From an uncultured Alistipes sp. (GTDB lineage Bacteria > Bacteroidota > Bacteroidia > Bacteroidales > Rikenellaceae), in the NCBI GenBank assembly GCA_900768015.1, contig CAAGBI010000070.1, positions 3,819 to 67,818 of the forward strand: a stretch of DNA of 64,000 nucleotides, in the 5' to 3' direction. The position numbers and the translations under genes were made by a program. Position 1 is the stretch's first letter. Every line of letters starts with the position of its first letter. Below are positions 26,547 to 36,110 of the stretch, in pieces. The notes beneath the pieces were generated by a model, which worked only from the letters and a program-made list of their open reading frames with translations, was not told the DNA's origin and did not search any database.

Positions 26547-29500
26547 TTAATCCTCTTCGCTCCTCTCTATCTTATTGAGGTGGACATACCACACATAACC
26601 CTCAATTGTGCCATAGCACCCCATATCCTTGAGTATCGCCATATACTCTTTGACCTGTTTGTGGTAGTCTCCATTTGGCTCTGCTACAAATTTATAGTCC
26701 ACAACAACGGCCCTATCTCCACTAATCATCACGCGGTCGGGGCGAAGTGTCTTACCCCTATACAAAATCTCCTCTTCGCACTTTACATCATCCCAATTGC
26801 CACTAAACCACTCGGTTACTATATCATTGTCTGTGGCGTTCTTGATGTCGGCATATAGTTTTTCTGCTTCGGCCTGCTTGATTAGTCCATCATTTGCCAT
26901 CTGCTCTATGGCCGCATATAGGTCTTTAAGAGTGTTTGCGCCCTCGAATATCTTGTGCATCCTAATACCCGTGTTACATGATGCTGTACCAGGCTTGGCG
27001 CCCTCATTTGTAAAGCGCTCAAGTTGTTTATATACATTGACCTTGGGCGAGTGTGTGGGGTACTCATTGAGCAAAAAACAACTCTTCGTGCTACTCTCCT
27101 CCTTGGGTATATGGCGCTCAATCTTATTGCCAAAGGTGTACCGCTGATACTCAATTTTGTTGTCGGCATTGCGCACAGGTGGCTCCTTTTGCATCTCCCC
27201 CATGTTCTCAACAGCACTTCTTATGATGCCAGATATGTCGGAGTATATATTGGCACTCGAAGATTTGACATTCAGCCCACTGGGTACATACATGTAGAGC
27301 TCTTTTTTTGCACGAGTGACAGCGACATATAGCAGATTAATACCATCTACATGGCTCATTACGAACTCCCTCCAATACTCCTCCGAGAATGCAGAGTTCT
27401 TCATGGTAGGACCGTAGGTGACTGGGAATAGTCCAATCTCTGCAGCATCCTTATTTGCTGGATTGGCACTTGCCCAAACGATTGAGTTGAGCGATGGATT
27501 GGGTGTCATGCCCCATTTGCAATATGGTATGATAACTATATCGCGCTCAAGGCCTTTGGATTTGTGAATTGTAGTTATTTCTATGGTGTCATCACTCTTC
27601 TCTACACTCAATGTCTCCTTGCTGCCACGCTCATCCCACCATGCAAGATAGTGCTGAATGTCGGCTATGTGGTTGCTCGTAAATGCCAATATCTGCTCGT
27701 GTATAGCTTGCAGGTAGGCGATATGTTTGCAGTTTGTGTGCAGCTCATAATGTTCAACAATAAGCTCGAAGGCCTCCAAAGCCGATAGATGCGCAATCTT
27801 GGATAATGTCTGTAACTCTAGGCTGCTAAATTCTGTGCCATAATGACGCTGAAGATAGCCATTGTATATGCCACGCTCGATGTCGTTGTGCGGATCTATG
27901 GCTAAGCGCATCGTTGCGATGATGAACTTTACCACATCGCACGAGTCTATTGTGAGCGAGTCGGAGGTGAGGATATTAAATCCTGGCTTGTTGTTTTTGA
28001 TGAGCCAATCCTTGTACTCGTATAATGTGTTAACCACCTTGCTGCCATCGGTTGCGCCACGCACAAGTATGAGTATGTCCTTGTAGCTATAGCCACGACT
28101 TATGGCATCCTCAATAGCCTCGATAAATGGTGGAGGCGTAACCTTGGGGTCATAGAGCGTAACCTCGGCAATGCCCTGATTGCCCGTGAGATGTACATCC
28201 TGTTCGCTCTTTGTGTACGCTCTGGCTATGATATTCTCAAGTTCACAACATGTGGCTGCTGAGATGCCTTTGCCGCTCTCCTGGTTAATCAGATTATTTA
28301 TATACTCGTTGTCCTTATTGACAATCTTAAGAATAAACTGATTGTTAAACTTAACGATATTTTCAAGGCTTCGGCGGTTAATCGCCAATGGCTCAACCCT
28401 TGGGTTGTGCAATTTAAGGTCCTCTAATATGTCATGGTTTAGCAGGCGCCAGTCGCCACCTCGCCAGCGGTAGATTGACTGCTTGATGTCGCCCACGATA
28501 AATACCGAGGCGTCGACATTCGATGAAAGTGCCTCGATGAGAAGTGGGCGAAGATTGCACCACTCACGAATAGATGTGTCCTGGAACTCATCAATCATAT
28601 AGTGGTCGTAGCGGTTGCCGACCTTTTCGTAGATGAATGGCGCGTTTATCTCGTCGATAAACTCTGCGAGAAGCTCCTTGGTTTTATCCAAGATCATGAT
28701 ATTCTCCTGCTTGCACACATCCTTAAAGCTCTGGTGTAGGTCGTTGAGCAGGGCATAGCTGCGGTAGTTCCTGTTTAGCAGCGCCACGGTGTTCATATCC
28801 TGAATGTTATCATCATAGAGGGTGCATATCTCTCGGAGTATCTGTTGTAGCTCTACTGCGATAGATTTAACCCTCTCATCAGCATCCTTACCATACCATT
28901 TATTTATGTCTGCCACAGCATTTCTTATGGCATCGGTGGGGCCATCGCCAATATCACCAACTCTATACCTCTCGAAGCATGTGATAAAGCTTGGGTTGCG
29001 ACCTTTGAAGTGGCTTGCATCCAAGTTGTTTTTAGACAATAACTCGGCGCCATGCTCACCAAGAGATTTTATCTTGTCGAGTATGTCGTCATTCTTTTTG
29101 TTGAGCCTCTTGATGAGTGTGTCAAGCCTCTCTTTGTTGATGCTTGTGCCGATGCGCTTGGCTATGCCATCCTTGAAGAGTTCGCTTCCGAGTGTGCATA
29201 GGTCTCTGCGCATATCCCACTTGTTGCCCTCCTCGAGGCGCTTTGTGGCAAACTCTATGAGCTGCCTTTTGAGCCCCGACTTCTTATCTTCGGAGATGCT
29301 GTTGATAAGGTCATCTGCGCTGCGCTCCAAGAGAATAGAGGTGTCGAGCTCGATGTTGTAGTCGAGGTCGAGGCTGAGCTCATTGATGAAGGCGCGCAGG
29401 ATACGCTGGAAGAAACGGTCGATTGTAAGCACAGTGAAGCGAGAGTAGTCGTGCAAAATCTGTGTGCGTGCCACAACGGCCTGGGTGCGTATCTTCTCTT

Positions 29501-29741
29501 CGCTGTACCCTGTATTTTTTTTAATATCTTCGAGGTAGGCACTATCGTGGTTCTCGGCGAGGTTGTGTAGCTCGTTTATGATACGAGACTTCATCTCCTC
29601 GGTGGCCTTGTTCGTAAAGGTCACGGCAAGGATATTGCGATAGCACTCGGGCCTCTTTAATACATCGCATATATATTTCAATACGAGGCGGAAGGTCTTA
29701 CCAGATCCTGCGCTTGCACTTAATATGTTGACTCGTGTCAT
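26547..29741 (-). CDS. AddA-like UvrD helicase with C-terminal PD-(D/E)XK nuclease
   Basis: SASAGSGKT, VTFTNKATEEMKSRI, IDEFQDTS, GDIKQSIYRWRG, TIHKSKGLE, LYVAVTRA, RPDRV..VVDYK; start set at 29741 (ATGA overlap with upstream stop). Confidence 0.9.
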   Translation of the reverse strand: MTRVNILSASAGSGKTFRLVLKYICDVLKRPECYRNILAVTFTNKATEEMKSRIINELHNLAENHDSAYLEDIKKNTGYSEEKIRTQAVVARTQILHDYSRFTVLTIDRFFQRILRAFINELSLDLDYNIELDTSILLERSADDLINSISEDKKSGLKRQLIEFATKRLEEGNKWDMRRDLCTLGSELFKDGIAKRIGTSINKERLDTLIKRLNKKNDDILDKIKSLGEHGAELLSKNNLDASHFKGRNPSFITCFERYRVGDIGDGPTDAIRNAVADINKWYGKDADERVKSIAVELQQILREICTLYDDNIQDMNTVALLNRNYRSYALLNDLHQSFKDVCKQENIMILDKTKELLAEFIDEINAPFIYEKVGNRYDHYMIDEFQDTSIREWCNLRPLLIEALSSNVDASVFIVGDIKQSIYRWRGGDWRLLNHDILEDLKLHNPRVEPLAINRRSLENIVKFNNQFILKIVNKDNEYINNLINQESGKGISAATCCELENIIARAYTKSEQDVHLTGNQGIAEVTLYDPKVTPPPFIEAIEDAISRGYSYKDILILVRGATDGSKVVNTLYEYKDWLIKNNKPGFNILTSDSLTIDSCDVVKFIIATMRLAIDPHNDIERGIYNGYLQRHYGTEFSSLELQTLSKIAHLSALEAFELIVEHYELHTNCKHIAYLQAIHEQILAFTSNHIADIQHYLAWWDERGSKETLSVEKSDDTIEITTIHKSKGLERDIVIIPYCKWGMTPNPSLNSIVWASANPANKDAAEIGLFPVTYGPTMKNSAFSEEYWREFVMSHVDGINLLYVAVTRAKKELYMYVPSGLNVKSSSANIYSDISGIIRSAVENMGEMQKEPPVRNADNKIEYQRYTFGNKIERHIPKEESSTKSCFLLNEYPTHSPKVNVYKQLERFTNEGAKPGTASCNTGIRMHKIFEGANTLKDLYAAIEQMANDGLIKQAEAEKLYADIKNATDNDIVTEWFSGNWDDVKCEEEILYRGKTLRPDRVMISGDRAVVVDYKFVAEPNGDYHKQVKEYMAILKDMGCYGTIEGYVWYVHLNKIERSEED

Positions 29742-32716
29742 CGCTTGCATATTCTATTGTAGTCACAACGGGTACATGTATCTCTGTTCTCAGCCTGCTC
29801 AAAGGCCTTTGTGGGGTCGAATAGCTCATCAAGGATTGCTTTAAGTTGTTCCTCGTAAGCCTCTGATACCATGGTATAACTCGCTATCTCCTGTGGCGTA
29901 TCTCGGTCAATCTCTTTCAGGAGCGGTGAGTAGTCATCATTCAACAACATACGCGATGCGTAGTATAGTGATGGCTTGGTGTCGACATGCTCGTTTTTAT
30001 GTACTATCATCGAGTAGAGCAGCGTCTGGAATACATTCGATATGCGCTGCTCGGGATTACCGTTAAAGAGTGAGTCGATGCTCTTAAACTCAAGATGGGG
30101 TTTGTAACCACTCTTGTAGTCGATAATCTGTTTAGTGCCGTTAGATAGCGTGTCGATGCGGTCTGCAATACCATAGAGCTTTACACAATGCCCTTGCTGG
30201 GTCTTGTGTCGGTAGTTAATCTCCTGCTCGAGATTTGTTATGGTGTAATCGCTTCGTATGGTGTCATAGTACATGATGCCATCTATAATATACTTTATGA
30301 TAATCTCTCTAACCAGCTGAGTGTCACCAGTAAAGTCCTTTGTTGTAGCCTTGGGGTTGTTGTAGAGCATCTCGCCAATAACCATATCTACGATAGGCTC
30401 TACAACCTCATGCTTACGCAGTTTCTCAATGCTTGCCATTGGATTGGGCTTGCCAATGATCTCATATTTCGTGTAGAGCGTCTCCATTGATTTGTGGAGT
30501 ATGTCGCCTATGGCGAGTGCATCCATCTTGTCTGTGAGCTCGTTACGAGCGCGCAGCCCCGCAATAGATGAGAAGTAGAATTTCAAAGGGCACTCCACAT
30601 ACTTAAAGAGTGCCGTAGGGGCTAATCTTGGTCTCTCGTTATCATCCGTATAGCGCATAAGTGCCTCCATCTCCCTCTCTCCCTTGGCAACCGAGATAGG
30701 TCTCTCCTCCTCGATGTTTAGGTCAACACCAAGGGTGTGTTTCTCAACGCCGCCATACTCAAAGTCGAGCTGGTAGATGTAGCGGCTGCACTCTCCCGTG
30801 CTCTTCTCGTCTGCGCGTGAGCAGTAGAGCATGTTGACACGCTTGGCGCGCTGCAAGAGGCGATAGAAGTAGTAGGCATACATCGCCTCGTGCTGCTCGG
30901 GGGTAGGCATCTCGTAGGCGAAGCGCAAGTTGTAGGGTATGAGTGAGGCCTGGCTGGTGTGATTGCCAGGGAAGTTGGCGTCGGTCATGGATAGAATGAT
31001 GACATTCTTGAAGTCGAGATTTCGTGTCTCAAGGATGCCTAATATCTGCAATCCATCGAGGGGCTTACCCTCGTATGGTATGCTAATGGTCTGAAGATGA
31101 CGGCGCAGTAACGAAACAAAGATCTCTGTAGAGAGCGGGATTTTGCACGCCTCTATCAGGTTAACGAGTTTTGTAATCTCGTTAGCCACAAGAAGACGAT
31201 GCTCGTTATTATAGTTGTCGCTGTCGAACTCATTTAAGTCCTGTAGTGCGGATATGGTGTTGAGCACATCGACAATATAGTGGGCTAACTTTTTCCAGCC
31301 ACACTCCTGCTCGCCATCGGTTTGCGCCAATTCTATAGCCTTAGCATCGATAAAGAGTTTCGAGAGTATGCTTTTTGCTTGCTCTATCTCAGCGGTAGTG
31401 CCGTAATTCTTATCCTTGATAGACTCATTGAGGAGCCTATCTTCAACCATTATAACTCGTTTTGTGGCTATCTCCTTTATCTTTTCGCGTGCGACATCAC
31501 CGCATATATCGGTAATATATGGGTGTGATAGCAACTGCGCCACATCCTTGTGATAGAATGTAGTGGCCCCGTCTTTTGCGCGGCAGTGAGTTTGCAGTGT
31601 TACAAGTATCTCGATAAGTGAGTAGGCGAGTGTGTTTTTGATGGGGTAGCCCATTGTCACATTCACCTTCTCAACACTCTCTGGGAGCGAATGAAGAAGA
31701 GGTGTAAGTAGGTTCTCATCGGTGAGAACTATGGCGGTATCCTTGTTTAGCTCCTCTTTGGGAATGCTCTTAAGTATCTCGCCAATATGTTTTACTTGCG
31801 CGATGTTTGACACACAGGCTGTGGCGCTAAGATGCTCCTTTCTGTGGGCGAAGTTGTTGGTACTAATGGGGTTGGCATTTGGAAACATCCTGATGTTCTG
31901 GCTAATAAACATGCCAGCCTCGTGGCCATTAATCTTGACATTATCGGTGTTGGACTGAACATAGTAGTCGTCATAGTCCCAATAGAAATCGGCGCCAGGT
32001 TCTCGTCTTGACAGATGCTTGAAGAGTATCTGCTCGCTCTTTGACAGGGCGTTAAATCCCGCGATAATGAAGCGCTTGGGCTCAATGTCCACCACCTCAT
32101 TATTAGTGATGCGTTCTGCGGCAGTGCGATATATGAGGCCCGTGTATCCTATGTGCTTCTCGAGAAGATTATTGCGGAAGTTGGTGTAGATAACGGGTAG
32201 GGCCTTCCACATCTCCAAGAAGCGTTGCTTCTGAATGCTTAGGTCGTCTATGTCCTGCTTGTTTTGGAAGTTGCTCCAAAAACTCTTGATTATATCCTTC
32301 TGCTCTTTGGTGAGGTACGACACATCTGCCTCCAACTCCTTTAGGTCGCTGAGGTTGACTAATAGCAGTTTGGCGTTAACCATATACTTGTCTATCATGT
32401 CGAAGTCGGAGATGAGCACACAACCCCAGTGATAGAAGTGGTCAAATGTCTCATTTGGAAACCTCTCCTTGTAGACATTGTATAACTCGCCAAGCAGTCT
32501 AATCTGGTCTACGCGCTTCAGCCCCGAGGCACGCTCCATAACCTCGTCAATGGAGGTGTAGTGTGGTTGCCATATTGTATCCTGGCTTACGCTCGATAGT
32601 GCATCATTGAAAAATGCACGAGCTCGCAGCGAGGGAAACATCACTGCGAGCTTCGAGAGGTCATTTTTATAACTATTTCGGAGATGCTCAGCAAGCTCCA
32701 GAAGGAATGTTGACAT
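29738..32716 (-). CDS. AddB-like PD-(D/E)XK nuclease with degenerate helicase N-terminus and Fe-S staple
   Basis: FPSLRA, LQILGILETRNLDF, ECPLKFYF ... GIADRID..IIDYKSG ... CTRCDYNRIC; start set at 32716. Confidence 0.88.
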   Translation of the reverse strand: MSTFLLELAEHLRNSYKNDLSKLAVMFPSLRARAFFNDALSSVSQDTIWQPHYTSIDEVMERASGLKRVDQIRLLGELYNVYKERFPNETFDHFYHWGCVLISDFDMIDKYMVNAKLLLVNLSDLKELEADVSYLTKEQKDIIKSFWSNFQNKQDIDDLSIQKQRFLEMWKALPVIYTNFRNNLLEKHIGYTGLIYRTAAERITNNEVVDIEPKRFIIAGFNALSKSEQILFKHLSRREPGADFYWDYDDYYVQSNTDNVKINGHEAGMFISQNIRMFPNANPISTNNFAHRKEHLSATACVSNIAQVKHIGEILKSIPKEELNKDTAIVLTDENLLTPLLHSLPESVEKVNVTMGYPIKNTLAYSLIEILVTLQTHCRAKDGATTFYHKDVAQLLSHPYITDICGDVAREKIKEIATKRVIMVEDRLLNESIKDKNYGTTAEIEQAKSILSKLFIDAKAIELAQTDGEQECGWKKLAHYIVDVLNTISALQDLNEFDSDNYNNEHRLLVANEITKLVNLIEACKIPLSTEIFVSLLRRHLQTISIPYEGKPLDGLQILGILETRNLDFKNVIILSMTDANFPGNHTSQASLIPYNLRFAYEMPTPEQHEAMYAYYFYRLLQRAKRVNMLYCSRADEKSTGECSRYIYQLDFEYGGVEKHTLGVDLNIEEERPISVAKGEREMEALMRYTDDNERPRLAPTALFKYVECPLKFYFSSIAGLRARNELTDKMDALAIGDILHKSMETLYTKYEIIGKPNPMASIEKLRKHEVVEPIVDMVIGEMLYNNPKATTKDFTGDTQLVREIIIKYIIDGIMYYDTIRSDYTITNLEQEINYRHKTQQGHCVKLYGIADRIDTLSNGTKQIIDYKSGYKPHLEFKSIDSLFNGNPEQRISNVFQTLLYSMIVHKNEHVDTKPSLYYASRMLLNDDYSPLLKEIDRDTPQEIASYTMVSEAYEEQLKAILDELFDPTKAFEQAENRDTCTRCDYNRICKR

Positions 32717-32720
32717 GAGT

Positions 32721-33434
32721 TTATAGCAGTTTAATTTCGCCACCAAAGAGTGTAATCTCAGAGCGCAAAATAATGGGTTCTATGCTGTATAGGATTTTGC
32801 CTCCAGTTGAGCTCTTTGCTTCGAGACGCTCCAGGGCATTTACCTTAACGGTTGCGTTATGTGACGATGATGCAACCGTAGAGACTGTGTTGAGCTTTGC
32901 TGCATTGTAGTCTGCGGTTGATATGTCTACAGTTTGATAACGAGCCTTGCCTGTGAGGATTATGCAACACTTGCCCGATGCGTAGACCTTAATGTCGAGT
33001 GTGTCTACATCTGCTACAAAGTGGGAGTCGTTCGATATGTATAGGTCGATAAGCTGAGTGTCGAGAGTTCCTATGACTGTGACATCCGCCTTTGATATAG
33101 AGATGTCCGTCAGTTCGTTGAAGTAGACCTCGACCTCGGTTACGCTTTCGCGCTTAGAGTCACTGCGCTCATCAATTTTAAGTATGCCATCGCCCTTTTT
33201 CTGCACCTCAAACTCAAACTTCGAAGTATAGCACCCCTTGGTATCGTAGATGATATATGGCGCTTCGCTCTTATCTATCTTTATGAGTGTTAGCTTTATA
33301 GGTGCATTTACATCAATGCTATTGAAGCTCGATAGATTCTCTTTTATTGGCCCAAGATTGGGTATCGTGCTCTCTTGTGCCATGAGATTTGTTGCGCAGC
33401 AGATTGCGAATATCGATAGTAGAAACCTCTTCAT
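32721..33434 (-). CDS. Secreted GIN/DUF2807-like beta-solenoid protein
   Basis: Signal peptide, SFNSIDV, repeated Ser/Ala-rich beta turns, LEAKSSTGGKILY. Confidence 0.7.
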   Translation of the reverse strand: MKRFLLSIFAICCATNLMAQESTIPNLGPIKENLSSFNSIDVNAPIKLTLIKIDKSEAPYIIYDTKGCYTSKFEFEVQKKGDGILKIDERSDSKRESVTEVEVYFNELTDISISKADVTVIGTLDTQLIDLYISNDSHFVADVDTLDIKVYASGKCCIILTGKARYQTVDISTADYNAAKLNTVSTVASSSHNATVKVNALERLEAKSSTGGKILYSIEPIILRSEITLFGGEIKLL

Positions 33435-33473
33435 AAGTCGTAAGTTTTTATAATTACAAACGCTAAATTAAAC

Positions 33474-33510
33474 AAAATATGGCAATTCACCAAAGGAATT
33501 GCCATATTTT
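33474..33510 (-). terminator. Terminator after the HAD gene
   Basis: aaaatatggcaattc/gaattgccatatttt perfect 15-bp stem. Confidence 0.75.
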
Positions 33511-33536
33511 TATCCGTAGGATAATCGCTAATGTCG

Positions 33537-34106
33537 TTATAAGGATATTTTAACATAGGCGGCACCGCTGCGTTGTGCAGCCTCTAAACCCATTGTCGAG
33601 TCCTCAAATATGATTGTCTCGCGTGGTGTCACACCAACCCTCTCCATTGCTTGAAGGAAGCACTCGGGGTTGGGCTTGGGTTTGGCAACATCATCGCCTG
33701 ATATAATGCCGTCAACGCCATTTACTATGTTCAAGTGACGCATTACATTAGTTATGTTATCTATGTGACCTGTAGATACTATCCATACTTTTGCACCCAT
33801 TCTTTGCATCATCTGACACCACTCCCAAAGTGGGGTGTTTAGGCGCACGCTATCGAAGTAGTTGGGGTATATCTCAACTTTGCGGCGGCGTAATTTGCGA
33901 GCCTCGTCGTCGCTCTCGATGCCCACATCTCTGAGAAATTCACGACAGCGCATACCAAAATATTTGGCAGTGTACTCCTCAATTGATATGTTGATGCCAA
34001 CCTCGCTAAGAGCCTGGATGTATGCCATGCCATTAGCCATGCGAGTGTCGGCAAGTGTGCCGTCGAAGTCGAGTAGAATTAACTTTATATTAGACATCTT
34101 AATCAA
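33537..34106 (-). CDS. HAD-family phosphatase (beta-PGM/CbbY-like)
   Basis: LLDFDGTLADT, VST, KPKPNPE, IFEDS..G..AA; the start may be 34097. Confidence 0.9.
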   Translation of the reverse strand: MIKMSNIKLILLDFDGTLADTRMANGMAYIQALSEVGINISIEEYTAKYFGMRCREFLRDVGIESDDEARKLRRRKVEIYPNYFDSVRLNTPLWEWCQMMQRMGAKVWIVSTGHIDNITNVMRHLNIVNGVDGIISGDDVAKPKPNPECFLQAMERVGVTPRETIIFEDSTMGLEAAQRSGAAYVKISL

Positions 34107-35043
34107 ATGATTGCATGCTGGATAGAGCGATGCGTATTATGCGTTGATACTCCTCGGCATTAAGCTCAAGGAAGAAGTAGTGTACGGGGTCTACACGAGT
34201 GCCGTTGAAGATAACCTCATAGTGTAGATGTGGCGCAAACGATAGTCCACTATTGCCCGACATGGCAATGATGTCACCACGCTTAACCTTGTCGCCCCTC
34301 TTAACTCGTATGTCTAAGAGGTGGCTGTACGATGTTTGGTAGCCGTTACCATGGTCTATGGTGATAGCCTTGCCGTGTGTTGTGTTCTTCTCCGATAGAG
34401 ATTGTACCGTGCCATCTGCGGTGGCAAAAACAGCTGTTCCCTCGGGTATGAGGTAATCTACGCCATGATGCTCACGCATAGTGCGATGGAATGGGTTAAT
34501 TAATGGCTTTTTACCCGCTGCAAGCAGTGTGAGTTGCCTATTATTTACAGGTTGAATTGCTGGTATGCAATCTATTGATAGTGATGTGGTTTCATGCGCA
34601 TACATCATATCTTCGTATGAGCGAGTGAGTGCATCTTTGTCATTTTCTGCACTTTGCAACTTGTTATTTAACTCCGATAATAGTTCATCATTATCCAAGT
34701 CCATTAGGCTCTCGTGCAGTGCAATTCTCTCCTCGTCATCATCAATTGTCAGGTCGTATGGGTTGGACTCGAACAACTTGCGAAAGACATTCTCATCGCG
34801 CGCAACAACATTGTCCATGACTTCAGTTAACTCTTCGTAACGCTCTGACATTTTGTCATATTCAGAGTTCAGTTTGTTGTTCGTGTTGCGGAGTTCAGTC
34901 TCCGCTGGCATGTCAACAAATATGGAGAGCAAAACATAGAATAGTGTGACAGATGCTATCCACAATAGTAGGTGCACACTAAGGGTTAGTATGCGGTTGT
35001 TTTGCCAACGGAATTTAGTTAATATGTTCTTTATAATTTTCAT
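34099..35043 (-). CDS. M23 family metallopeptidase
   Basis: N-terminal TM and coiled coil; HHGVDY (HxxxD), YSHL, PHLHYEV (HxH). Confidence 0.92.
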   Translation of the reverse strand: MKIIKNILTKFRWQNNRILTLSVHLLLWIASVTLFYVLLSIFVDMPAETELRNTNNKLNSEYDKMSERYEELTEVMDNVVARDENVFRKLFESNPYDLTIDDDEERIALHESLMDLDNDELLSELNNKLQSAENDKDALTRSYEDMMYAHETTSLSIDCIPAIQPVNNRQLTLLAAGKKPLINPFHRTMREHHGVDYLIPEGTAVFATADGTVQSLSEKNTTHGKAITIDHGNGYQTSYSHLLDIRVKRGDKVKRGDIIAMSGNSGLSFAPHLHYEVIFNGTRVDPVHYFFLELNAEEYQRIIRIALSSMQSFD

Positions 35044-35047
35044 TGTA

Positions 35048-35998
35048 TCAGTTCTTTATGGTTGACTCTTCAATCTGATTCATCAACTCAACATAGGCCT
35101 CGGGCGACATATCCTTGTTGAAGTAGTGGATGGGGTTTACGGTGTTGTCACGGAAGCGCACCTCGTAGTGTAGGTGAGAACCCTCCGAAACACCAGTGTT
35201 GCCAACTTCGCCAATTACCTGTCCGCGTGTTACGCTATCGCCCTCCTTGACATACATCTTATGGAGGTGGCCATAGCGTGTCTTATAACCAAAGCCGTGG
35301 TTTAGTTCTATGAGGTTGCCATAGCCGTTGCGCCATCGAGCCTCTCTAACAACAGCATTACCCGTAGCATATACAGGAGTGCCCTTTGGTGCAGCAAGGT
35401 CTACGCCCTCATGCTTGCGCCATGTGCCGTAGCGTGGGTGCTTACGCATACCAAAGAGACTGCTCACGCTACGGAGTTTTGTGCGGTCGATGGGCCAGAT
35501 AGCGGGGATGACGGTTGAAAACTCCTCCTTGTGCGTGGCCATCTCTTGTGTGTCGTCAAGAGAGATTGAGGCGTAGTATATGGAGCGAGTAAGGTGGTCG
35601 AGGCTACGCCAGCCCTCCTCTATAAGGGCACCATGGTCGTCGCCCTTATATTTGGCGTACCTCTCATCGTTATAATCTGAATAGACCCTAAGAATATCGG
35701 GGTCGCCTATGGTGTCTACGCCCAAAAGAGGTCTATATACATAGTGGTCGCGGTGTTTTATATCCTCGAGTATCTGCTCCGAGGCCGCGATTTTCTCTTG
35801 CAGGATTATATATTCACGTTCGAGGCGATGGTTGTCTCGTCGTATCTTTGCCATCTTTGGCGTGTCGGTATATGATGATATTGCGAGGTTGCACGCAACG
35901 GCAATGACGAGGGCTAAGACCATGCGCAAAGCTATGCGATAGCCACGAGGCCAGCGCTTTATCGAGCCAAGAAGTGAGCCGAGTCGATTGTTGCCCAT
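35048..35998 (-). CDS. M23 family metallopeptidase
   Basis: N-terminal TM; IPAIWP, FGMRKHP, HEGVDL, YGHL, HLHYEV. Confidence 0.92.
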   Translation of the reverse strand: MGNNRLGSLLGSIKRWPRGYRIALRMVLALVIAVACNLAISSYTDTPKMAKIRRDNHRLEREYIILQEKIAASEQILEDIKHRDHYVYRPLLGVDTIGDPDILRVYSDYNDERYAKYKGDDHGALIEEGWRSLDHLTRSIYYASISLDDTQEMATHKEEFSTVIPAIWPIDRTKLRSVSSLFGMRKHPRYGTWRKHEGVDLAAPKGTPVYATGNAVVREARWRNGYGNLIELNHGFGYKTRYGHLHKMYVKEGDSVTRGQVIGEVGNTGVSEGSHLHYEVRFRDNTVNPIHYFNKDMSPEAYVELMNQIEESTIKN

Positions 35999-36041
35999 GA
36001 GTAAAAATAAAAAATATTAAAAATTCTCTCGTTTAACGATG

Positions 36042-36069
36042 CAAAATTAAAGTAAATTGTGTAATTTTG
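36042..36069. promoter_or_regulatory. Divergent -7 promoters for M23 operon and alaS
   Basis: TAATTTTG on minus (36042-36049) and TAATTTTG on plus (36062-36069). Confidence 0.6.
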
Positions 36070-36110
36070 CAACCGCGTATAAAAATAGGTATAAAATAAT
36101 TTCAAAATAT

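Noticed and set aside
26547..32716. Helicase-nuclease pair as a novel anti-phage defence system
   Set aside because: The architecture matches the ordinary AddAB-type recombination complex embedded among core genes.
34099..35998. Tandem M23 peptidases as a possible toxin or phage lysis module
   Set aside because: Both are membrane-anchored housekeeping-type proteins beside alaS, with no phage or immunity genes nearby.
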